A DNA stretch of 50,905 nt, from positions 1-50,905 of the forward strand of contig JAAOMT010000333.1 in the NCBI GenBank assembly GCA_016748015.1. Reading direction: 5' to 3'. Below the pieces are notes generated by a model. That model was not told the DNA's origin. It made no database searches and saw only the letters and a list, made by a program, of their open reading frames with translations. This document shows, in pieces, positions 1 through 10,089 of the stretch. The stretch comes from Geosiphon pyriformis uo1 (taxonomy: Eukaryota > Fungi > Glomeromycota). Every line of letters begins with the position of its first letter. The first letter of the stretch is position 1. The position numbers and the translations under genes are program-made.

Positions 1-901
1 GATAGAGTATTTCACAAAATGGCCAGAAGCAAAAGCCATTCAAAGAGCAGATGCAGAATCCATTGTCAAATTCATCCACCAAGATTTAATTTGTTAATAT
101 GAATGTCTAAAAGAATTATTATTTGATCAAAGAACTTACTTTGTAAATAGAACATTAGCAGAATTAAGCCAAAAATTTAAAAAACTATTTTCATCATCAT
201 ACTATCCATCAACAAATGGATTAATTAAAAGGTTTAACAGAACATTGTGTGAAGCAATTACCAAGATCAGTCAAAAAAACAAGAATGAATAGAACTTGTT
301 TATACCATCTGTATTATTTGTTTATTAGATAATGAAACAAGACATTACACAAACAACACTATTTGAATTAGTATATGATAGAACAACAATATTACCAATT
401 AAGATAGAAGTCAACACTTATCCAACAAAACCAATAACTGAAGACAATTTTTGGGAAATGTTGCTAAAAAGAACATATAACTTAATAGAAACACTAGAAA
501 ACAAATGGCAAAGAGCAGCTGATAACATCCAAAAGTCACAAGAGAAACAAAAAAAAAGACATGATAACCAACTACCAGACAAACCAGTTGAATTCAAGAT
601 TGGAGACAAAGTACTTTTATATTGTACCAAAGCAAAAAAACAATGGAGTGAAAAATTTGATCCCAAATGGGACAAACCATTTCACATAGAAAAAATTCTG
701 GAAAATAAAGCTTATAAATTAAGATGGGACAACAAAATTTTAGCCAAAGCAGCACATGGTGATCAACTGAAACCATATTACCATATAGTGTCACCATTCA
801 CCAGTAATATTCTACAATTAGAAGTACAGAGAATATTAGTCCAACCAGTTGAGATTCCACAAAATCTAGAACCAATTATAATCATTGGACCAAACATGTA
901 A
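1..901 (+). pseudogene. Ty3/Gypsy integrase, C-terminal part (element A1), decayed
   Basis: Translates to EYFTKWPEAKAI, DQRTYF, YHPSTNGLIKRFNRTL and a GPF-type module (FKIGDKVLLY...KFDPKWDKPFHI...AHGDQLKPY); several premature stops. Confidence 0.93.
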
Positions 902-911
902 AATTAAAACA

Positions 912-1601
912 ATGGAAAGAGTATATAAAGACAGAATAGACATGACAGAAGACATCAGAAAAATAGAAATTACCGACAACATTTACTCACTAACATAACA
1001 ACTCTTTTAATTAATCCAACAACAAGAAATGGAAATCACAATTAATCAACAAACCATTAGATACACAAACACCAGAAAAAGACCATGAGATAAAGTATGA
1101 AAGAAAACAGAAAACACTGTTGACAAAATAATGGCAAAAGTAAAACTGGCAATAGAAACACAACCCAAAGTTACTCAATATTAAGAATTGGTTATAGAAA
1201 TCTGGAATTGGTAGATACAGCAATTTCCAAAAAATTTTTGTTACTTTTACTTGGGTTAACACGTAAACATTCAGAATTTATATACAGATAAGACAAAATG
1301 ATTATTTGACACAACAATACTACAACAACTGGAACAATTTGTGGGGAAAAACAATTTAATCACACAGGCAAGAGCCATTTATTAGCTATATACTGTATTT
1401 CAAGATTGACCAGAAATCTTGTTCAACACTGAAATGGATACTGTTACTGTCAACCAAATGGGAAAAATAACCAATGCCCAATTTGAAGAATTACAGAACA
1501 AGATAACACAAATAATTCTTGGAAAAGAAGTTCAAGAAATACTCAAAGACAGAAAAATAGAGTTAGGAGATTTGGAAGATTTCGACAAAGCTCAATATTA
1601 A
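912..1601 (+). pseudogene. Accessory ORF3 of unknown function between integrase and 3' LTR (element A1)
   Basis: One frame from ATG 912/942 to TAA 1601, broken only by in-frame stops; homologous frames at 12524-13550, 32284-32940 and 45084-45832(-). Confidence 0.8.
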
Positions 1602-2256
1602 AAGGAAGAAATAATGTTACTTATAAAATATAGGAAATATATTAGTATATAAATTAACTAATCAGAAGTAGCTGTGGTAAATATGGAATTCTAGGATTCT
1701 TTTCAAGAGGAATTGCAGGATTCCAGGAATTTCAGGATTCTTGTACAAGAAATCACAAGATTTTTCTCAAAAGAAATTACAGAATTCCAAAAATTTCAGG
1801 ATTTCTGGTAGAAAAAATTGAGGAATTGAGGAATCTCAATTATGTATATATAGTGGTAGCATTAGAAGTAGAAAAGACAGACCTGTGAATTTAGATTTGA
1901 AAAACAACCTTCAATATCAATAAATAACTATTTGTTATCTTAATCTACTTTCTACTATCAATATTACATGTTAATAGTAATTGATACTTAACCACACTGG
2001 AACAATAGCTCTTAATTATGGCTATTAATGGAATACTAACTTGCAACTGCCTTGGCTTATTTTTCTTGTCTTTTTTTTATTTTCTTTTATTTTATTTTGT
2101 TTTATTGTTGTTTACTAATTGATTGAATATTAAGTGCTAAGTTATTGATGTCAAGGATAGCTTGATAAAAGACCCCAAAAAAAGGATATAAGAATTATAT
2201 ATATTAATGGATAGCTTATCAGAAGGGCATCTCTGCCAGATTACTGGCCATCATAC

Positions 2257-2993
2257 TGTTACAGGTTGGAGTAACAAGCTAACAGATAGCAAGGGAGAAC
2301 AGGATTGTAGAGTAATGAAAATAATCAAAGGGGATTCAACTTCAATGAGCAAATTGAATGAATATGGATTCAATGTGTGAGATCAGTCTCATAAAATATT
2401 TCAGTCACTATTCTTTTCAAAGGTAACTGAGAAATCTGAAGGTAAAGAGATAGTCCATATTGTCAACAATTGATAACCACTGGTATAATTTTATGCCTCA
2501 CATCAGTGCTCTTAGAATTCAATATCAGGTATTAACTTGTGCTCTTCAGTCACGTTTATTCAAATAATTTTCAAATACTACAATTATTCAAACAGAAAAA
2601 GGTTAACAAATAATCTTTTATCCTAAGATGTTCGGATACTTGAAGGTAGGGAAAGGGAAATTAGCGATAAGAGAGTGATTAAGATGAAAGTTGTTATTTT
2701 TATTTATTTGATTCTTGTCTGAGAGATAATTTTCTACAGCTAAGAGACTCATTGCTTATATAGCTATTGAAAGTGGTCAATGACCAGGTCAACAACTAGG
2801 TTAATGATTAGGTCAATAATCAAGTCAACGATCAGGTCATTGATCAGGTCAATGATCAGGTTAATGATCAGGTCAACAGTCAGGTCATTAATCAGGTCAA
2901 TGATCACTATCTAAAAATAGAGTGGCTAATTATATGACATCAGTGACTAATACATGTGATAACTAATAAAAATTATGAGTTTCAACCATAACA
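2257..2993 (-). repeat. 3' LTR of element B (737 bp)
   Basis: Near-identical to 9330-10042; contains a 12-nt tandem array (caatgatcaggt)n at ~2778-2906 and a TATA box at ~2757-2764; adjacent PPT ggagaagataa at 2994-3004. Confidence 0.97.
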
Positions 2994-3619
2994 TTATCTT
3001 CTCCAAAGAGATTGAGCTCCAGTGAAATCAAGCTATTTATAGGGTATTCTAATTGAAGGGTTTTGTCTAACTCAATACTAACTAGTTTGTTGAAGTCTTT
3101 TGTGGATAGAATATATAGTACTTGAGGCGAAATAAGCTTTGTATCTAAGAGACCAAATCTTTGTATAAGAGTTTTGGCTTTTCTTGTAATGGTCAAAACT
3201 CTTAGGACATCTAAACATATAATGCCCAAAATTTCCACTAGTATCTTTGAAGTTGTTTTCTTCATGAGCTTTATTTCTTCTATAATTTTACCAAGATGAC
3301 CATAGAGTTCTAGTTGCCTTCCATATAACAAGTTTTTGTCTATGGGCAAGATTTCTTTAATCATTTTTCCAATTGTCATGGAAGGTATAAGTATTGCTGC
3401 TGTTATGCTTTCCAGCAAATACTTATCTATTTTGCTACCAATTCTTTCTCTTCTGGTAGTGGTTTTCTTTGGTCTAATAACAGTATGTGTTCTACTGTTA
3501 TCAGTTATGGTGGTTTGTTTTCCAATGGTCAGAGTAGCATTTGGATAATTTTTGATCCAGTATTCATGGAAAGTGTAGAAAGCATTTTGAATGTTTTGAT
3601 TTAGAAAATAATTGTTCAT
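2963..3619 (-). CDS. Intact 218-aa accessory ORF3 of element B, unknown function; reads through the PPT into the 3' LTR
   Basis: ATG-initiated ORF downstream of integrase in the same sense; stop lies ~30 nt inside U3. Confidence 0.75.
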   Translation of the reverse strand: MNNYFLNQNIQNAFYTFHEYWIKNYPNATLTIGKQTTITDNSRTHTVIRPKKTTTRRERIGSKIDKYLLESITAAILIPSMTIGKMIKEILPIDKNLLYGRQLELYGHLGKIIEEIKLMKKTTSKILVEILGIICLDVLRVLTITRKAKTLIQRFGLLDTKLISPQVLYILSTKDFNKLVSIELDKTLQLEYPINSLISLELNLFGEDNVMVETHNFY

Positions 3620-3711
3620 GTCAATTAAAGATACCTCTGTTTTGGGAATGGTACATTTATTTATATTTAATTTTTGTTGATTATTTGGGTCGGTATTACT
3701 ACAACAGATAA

Positions 3712-4974
3712 TTAATCAGGTCGTTTGTAATATTTCTTGAGTTGTGTGCTATGAACAGGGCGATCATTGAAGATTGTTCCATATTGATCTTGTAAGATAT
3801 AAGAACCATTGTTCAAAACTTTGTTGACTATAAAAAGTCCTTTCCAGCAGCTGGAGAATTTATTATCATAGACATTGTCTCTGTCTGAATGGTATTCTAA
3901 AACTAAGTCACCAACACTTAAAGAAAGTGTTTTATATGTTTTCTTTTTTTTAAGCTTCTCTTGGAATTGTTTTATCTTTTTAAAGGCAATTATCCGTGCT
4001 TCTACTAATGAGTCAAGAATGGTACCAAGTCTTTTTTGCAAAATGTCTTTGTAATTCTCTATTGTTATTTTTTTAAAGGGTATTGTTTCAATGTCAGTTT
4101 CTATTGGTAGGGTTGCTATTCGTCCATAAAGTAGATAAAAGAGTTCATAACTTGTTATGTTATAATTTACAGTTCTATAAGCAAACAAAGCTGAAGACAG
4201 TACTTTGTCCCATAAGTTTGTTTCTTCACTGGTTTTGGCTAGGGTTTCACATAGTGTTCTATTGAAATGTTCTACTAGACCATTTGTTTGGGGGTGATAA
4301 GGAGAGAAAAGTTTGTGACATATTCCCATTTTTCTGCAAAGTTCTTCAACAAGTGTACTGAGAAAAGCTCTTCCTTTATTAGATAAAAGTTCTTTGGGGC
4401 AGCTGTGGCAACAGATAATATCTTTATAAATGAAATTGGCAATTGAGACTGCTGTTTGATCTGGGGTGGCTCTTGCTTCTACCCACTTTGTAAGATAGTC
4501 GGTAGCTGTAATAATATATCTGTTACCATCAGAAGTTATTGTTAAAGGTCCAACAACATCTATACCAATTCTGTCAAATGGTTGACCAACAGAGATCGGA
4601 TGGATATCTTCCTTGTGATTGGGTTTTCCTCTTTTTTGGCAGGTATCACAGGTTTTGATGTATTCAGCAATGTCTTTTCCCAAGGTAGGCCAATAATAGC
4701 AAACTAAAGTTTTCTGAATCGTTTTTGTTTTTCCAAAATGTCCAGCTAATGGATCAGTGTGCATATTATAGATCACAATTTCTTTTTCTTCAAATCTAAT
4801 AACTCTCTAGGGGTAGTTAGGATTTTTTCTATTTCTTTTATATAACTGGTTTTGGTAAATCAAATAGAAATTTGATTGTTTGTGCAAATGTTCTCTTTGC
4901 TGTTGAGTATAGTCTGACAGGTATTGTCCTTTACCCAAAAATTCCATTAAGATAGAGTAGTTGTCCAAATCTAT
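3712..4974 (-). pseudogene. Integrase of element B (separate reading frame)
   Basis: HHCC finger (HTDPLAGHFG...CDTC), core (IGIDVVGPL, decayed SNKG, PQTNGLVEHFN) and GPF-like tail; frame begins after the RT-RH stops. Confidence 0.93.
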
Positions 4975-5039
4975 TATTATGTTTGTTTGTGGGGAAGTTA
5001 CAAATAATTAAGTTGGTTTGGTTTGGGAGGGTTTTACTA

Positions 5040-7727
5040 TCACTGGATGGTAAGTCTGGAGAGAGCATCAGTGTTTTGATGATTAGCTCTTTTGTGGTGT
5101 TGAATGTCATAGTCAAATTCATCCAAGTGGAGTATCCAGCAAGTTATCCGTTTATGTTCCAGATTTCTTTTGTTGCATAGCCAAACCAAAGCTTGGTGAT
5201 CTGTTACCACCAAAAATTTCACACTCTTAAGATATTTGTCTCAGTAGCTGGTAGTCTAAACTACTGCTAAGCATTCTTGCTCAGTGACTGAATAGTTTCT
5301 TTCTACTGGTGTGAAAGTTCTACTGGTATATGCTATGGCATGTTCCCTGCCATCTTTGTCTTTCTGGGAAAGAACAGCACTAAGTCTATAGCCAGATGCA
5401 TCAGTATAGAGGATAAAAGGTCGATCCAGATTAGGTTGCATGAGGATGGGTTCTGTAACCAGTTTTTCCTTCAGAATTTCAAATGCTTTTTGTTGATAAG
5501 TGTCCCAGTAATAATTGATGTTTTTCCTAAGTAGCTGATTGAGAGGAGTGGTGATTTTGAAGAAATCCTTGACAAACTTGTGATAATAAGAGGCCAAACC
5601 AAGAAAAGAGCATAGTTCATGAACATTCATTGGTTGTCTAATGTTTTGAACTTTTTCAATTTTGGCTGGATCAGGAAAGATTTCATCTTTTGTAATAAAA
5701 TGGCCAAGGAATTGGGTGGATTGACGTTCAAAGAATGATTTAATTGGATTGATCTTGAGGCCAGCATTTCTAAGGAGGTCAAAAACCTTTTGCAAATGTT
5801 CAAGGTGTTCATCCCAGGTTTTTGAGTATACCATTATGTCATCCAAGTAGACTAGAACAAAGTTTTCTTTTACTGATTCAAATACTTTGTTCATTAAGCA
5901 TTGAAAGGTAAGAAGAGCATTTGTGAGACCAAAAGGCATGACTGTGAATTTGTAGGTGTCATACTTGGTGATGAAAGCAGTTTTCTTTCTGCTTTCTGGA
6001 TCCATCTCTACTTGCCAAAATCTAGCAGTTAAGTCAATGGTTGAGAAGAAAGCAGCATCATAGAATTGGTCTAGCATTGCATCAATCTTGGGAAGTAGGT
6101 ACATGTCTCTTTCAATAATGGCATTTAATTGGCAATAGTCAACACAAAAGTGTAGGATTCCTCCTTTCTTGGATACCACTACAACTGGGAATGCCCATTC
6201 ACTTTTGGTTTCCTGTATGAATCCAAGGTTTTTCATTCAGGTTATTTTCTTTTTGATAAACTCATCATTGTGCTGGTTGGATTGATAGGGCTTCAAATAA
6301 ATGGGACGAGTTTTTCTGGTGATGATGGTGTGTTGTATCATATGTGTACATCTAGGAGATTCACTTTCTTTTGAGATAACTGGGCTGTTTCTAGCCAGCA
6401 GGTTTTCAATGTCTATCTTTTTTTCTTCTGGAGAGGGTTTTCTTTGTTCTACAACCAGTGATTGGATTTCAGGTGGTTCATTTTCAAAGGACTTTTGGAC
6501 TTCTTTTATTTCCTCATGGGGTATCAAGCTGATTGGTTCCCAATTTTTGTAATAGATCAGGCAGGACATGCATTCATCACTAGGAGAATACAATGGTTTG
6601 TCACACTAGTACCAGGCACAAGGACCATGCCACCAATAACTGTATTTGGCTTTTTTGCCTGGCTTTCTGTCAAAGGTTCTTCTGAGCATGTCATAATAAG
6701 GCCAGCAGATCAGCTTGCCATTGACAATGATTCTTTCTTTATCTGCCTTGACATTATCCAGTAGTTTGCCATTGCTGGTGAAGATAGTATAGGCGAGTTC
6801 AGTAGTTTCTTCTTGTTCTTTTTGTTTTTTTTCTTCCTCACTTTCTTCATCATTTGATTTGTCTGATTCATTTTCTTCTGGGCTCTGCTTGGGTATTGGG
6901 GGAGTTGTCCAATGGTGACACTTAACCACAATGGGTTTCTCACCACATCTGATGGTTAGTTTACAAAATTCATAATCAAGCAAAGCTTTTGCTTTCTTGA
7001 GCCATTCATTGCCAACAATAATGGTGTATTCTTTCACTTCAGATACTTCCATATCAGTTTCAATGCTGATGCCATTGATGCGGACAAGAATAGCTTTGGT
7101 TATGCCAAGCCCTTTCTTCTTATTACCATGCACATTGGTCATTGGTTGTGTGGATGGTTCATCAATTTTTCTGCCAATTGCTTCAAAAAAGTGTTTAGCA
7201 ATAACACTAACAGATGATCTACTGTCTAGGATCAAATCGATGAAGTAGCCAGCCACTTGGGCTTTGCAAATTAGAGGAGTAACATTGCTATTGTCAGCAA
7301 GTCCAGCTTGGTAAGGGCGTTTGTTGGTTTTGGGTGTCTTTTTTTTTGGAATCAAAGATTTGTGAAGATTTTTCCTGAATTGTGGATGGGTCATCAATTG
7401 GCCAAAGGTTATATGTGCTGGGGTTTCTATGAGGTCTTTGACAACAGAATAAGGGCCGGATTTTTGTACTATTTCTGGAGGTTCCAACTTTGGGGAATTC
7501 TTAAAAACTTTAGCCTTTGGTGGCTCATTGTTATTAGCAACAGAAGTTTAGGCTTTGTTGGGGTCTAGAATGAAATCAACCTTGGCTTTCTTCTTCTTTC
7601 TGGTTGGTTCTGAGGTGTTGATTGCTAGTTCATTCATGTCATGATCATTATCAGTTAAGTTAAAAGTGTAAAAAAGGTTTTCTTCTGGTTGGCTTGCACT
7701 TTCATCCTTTGGAAGTGTGCCTACCAG
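5040..7727 (-). pseudogene. Pol of element B: aspartic protease, Cys-rich linker, reverse transcriptase, RNase H
   Basis: LILDSRSS (decayed DSG), IIVGNEWL; FCVDY, MPFGL, YLDD; YTDAS, EQECLAVV, TDH, NTDALSR; all fragments in one frame. Confidence 0.95.
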
Positions 7728-7733
7728 TTTAAA
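7685..7733 (-). promoter_or_regulatory. Probable -1 ribosomal frameshift site (U UUA AAC plus stem-loop) at the gag/pol junction
   Basis: Heptamer 7733-7727 is in the X XXY YYZ phase of gag, two codons before the gag stop; the -1 frame is the protease frame; downstream pairings CTGGT/ACCAG, GGC/GCC, CACTT/AAGTG. Confidence 0.8.
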
Positions 7734-8809
7734 GGCTGATAAACATTGGCTTCAACTAGAGGATCCTCTCCAAAGAAATTGATATTGGCATGATTGGGTT
7801 TTTGATTGGGGACATTGTTGTTGTTTTTAGGTCTGTTGTTTTGGTTGTTATTGTTTCTGGGAGCTAGAGAAGGCAGTGGAGGATTGTTACAATCTCTTAA
7901 ATAATGTCTAGTTAATCCACAATGATAGCACACAGGTGGGCCATGATTTTGCTGTCTTTGATAGGGAGGTTGCTGGGACTGGTTAAAACAAGGTTTGTAT
8001 TTAGGTCTTGGTGGTTGCTGGTTATCTCTGACTGCTTGTGCTAAAGGTTCTAATAACCGGGCAAGATTGGTTGTGAGTCTATCAATTAATTGTTCATTTG
8101 GATCTTGAGTTTGGGCAGTAAAAGAAGCAGCAGCCATTTGAGAGGCAGGAGCCATAACAGAAGCAGGAGCAAAAACTGGAAGTGTAGATCCCAAATGTAT
8201 TTTTTGGTTGTCTTCAATTCGTTGGGCAAGTTCAATGGCCATGTCTATTGTAGAGTTGTCTTTTAGGGCCAAGAGAGGCCAAAGAGCATAATATAAATCA
8301 GTTCTCAATCTTTTTGTGAAAGAATGAATCTTTTGTTCTTCTGTCCAGTTTCTCTCAGAGTCTACACATTTGATTAGCTTTCTAATAGCTTTGACATATT
8401 CAATCACTACTTTTCCAGGGTCTTGGGTTTTTTTTTCCAATCCCATGTACCATTTGGATATTAATATTGGGGTTCTGAACTTGGTCTCAAATCGGGTAGT
8501 AAAAGAGGTATTTTCTTCTTCAGCATTGATTGGTGTCCATCTGATTATTCTGTGTTGAGCATTGACATCTGTTTCTTGTAAGAACCAGGTAGCAGGAGAG
8601 CCTTAGAGGTAGCCACCAACAATTTGGAACTTGTATTCTTCATCATACTGGTTGGCTGTGGCAGCTCTCTCAAAATCATTTAACCATTTAATTGGATCTT
8701 GTGTATCACTTCTAAATAGTAGTAGTGGGGTATTGTTTCTTCTTCTTAGAGCAGTTTGTATACCTTGGAGGGCAGCCAGAATGTTTGCTTGCATAGGATC
8801 ATTAGCCAT
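7721..8809 (-). pseudogene. Gag of element B
   Basis: Retrotransposon gag motifs (QDPIKWLNDFERAATANQY, IHSFTKRL) and CCHC knuckle CYHCGLTRHYLRDC; the true start may lie further upstream. Confidence 0.9.
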
Positions 8810-9306
8810 TGGTTCAGGAGTAACTGTTTGTGTAGATGAGTTTGATTTACTTAATAAAAGGTTAAAAACAGAGGCAGTTTGGTAGCTTTCTTCTTCTGTT
8901 TCAAAGGGAGTTTCAGTTGCTTGATGGGCAGCAATCCAAATGTGGATTTGATGATTCAGATATTTGAAATCAGGAGGCTGTTGTTTAAAGGTTGCAGAAT
9001 ATAAGAGCTGATTGATACTGTTGTTTCTTTCTTCAAAGTTGTTTTCAAAATAAGCTTGGTCAAAGTAATAGGTTGTATAAGCTGTGTAGGTTTCAGCTGA
9101 ATGCTCGTTCAGGAACCAGTTTCAAAAGTCTTGGAATTGTCTACTGGATTGTTTTTCAAGGGAGAAGCAGATCAAGCAGAAAGGCAGAGGATTAAGTTCA
9201 ATAAAATCTAGGTCATTTCTGTTGTGTGCTGCAAAGTGTTCTTTTAATTGCTGTGGCAGATATGAGTAATCACCCATACAATGAGGGAATAAGTAAATTT
9301 TGACAA

Positions 9307-9323
9307 CCTCACAGGAAGCACCA
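9307..9323 (-). promoter_or_regulatory. Primer-binding site TGGTGCTTCCTGTGAGG, probably for elongator tRNA-Met
   Basis: Begins TGG 6 nt after the 5' LTR; its complement CCTCACAGGAAGCACCA resembles eukaryotic elongator tRNA-Met 3' ends (recalled, not searched). Confidence 0.8.
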
Positions 9324-9329
9324 CTTTTA

Positions 9330-10042
9330 TGTTATGGGTTGGAGTAACAAGCTAACGGATAGCAAGGGAGAACAGAATTGTAGGATGATAGAAATAATCA
9401 AAGAGGATTCAACTTCAATGAGTGAATTGAATGAGTATGGATTCAATGTGTAAGATCAGTCTCATAAAATATTTCAGTCACTATTTTTTTCAAAGGTAAC
9501 TGGGGAATTTGAAAGTAGAGGGATAGTCCGTACTGTCAACAATTGATAACTGCTGGTATAATTTTATGCCTCATGTCAGTGCTCTTAGAATTCAATATCA
9601 GATATCAACTTGTGCTCTTCAGTCACATTTATTCAAATAATTTTCAAATACTACAATTATTCAAACAGGAAAAGGCCAACAAGTAATCTTTTATCCTAAG
9701 ATATTCGGATACTTGAAGGTAGGAAAAGAGAAATTAGCGATAAGAGAGTGATTAAGATGAAAGTTGTTATTTTTATTTATTTGATTCTTGTCTGAGAGAT
9801 GATTTTCTACAGCAAAGAGACTCATTGTTTATATAGCTATTGAAAGTGGTCAATGACCAGGTCAACAACTAGGTCAATGATCAGATCAATGATCAGGTCA
9901 ACAATCAGGTCATTGATCAGATCAATGTTCAGGTTATTGATTAGGTCAATGATCACTATCTAAAAATAGAGTGGCTAATTATATGACATCAGTGACTAAT
10001 ACATGTAATAACTAATAAAAATTATGGGTTTCAACCATAACA
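9330..10042 (-). repeat. 5' LTR of element B (713 bp)
   Basis: Direct repeat of 2257-2993, shorter by 24 nt (two array units). Confidence 0.97.
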
Positions 10043-10089
10043 ATACTGAGAAAAAAATTCAATGGAATTGTGATTCCGGAAAGCTATGG

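Larger units (their letters stand above)
2257..10042 (-). mobile_element. Complete Ty3/Gypsy LTR retrotransposon (element B), inactivated by stops
   Basis: Direct LTRs 2257-2993 and 9330-10042 with TGTTA...TAACA ends; 4-bp TSD ATAC (2253-2256, 10043-10046); PBS, PPT and gag-PR-RT-RH-IN order. Confidence 0.97.

Noticed and set aside
2360-2470. Intron-containing tRNA-Met gene
   Set aside because: The anticodon-arm halves match, but no D-arm, T-arm or acceptor stem flanks them; treated as primer-interaction boxes.
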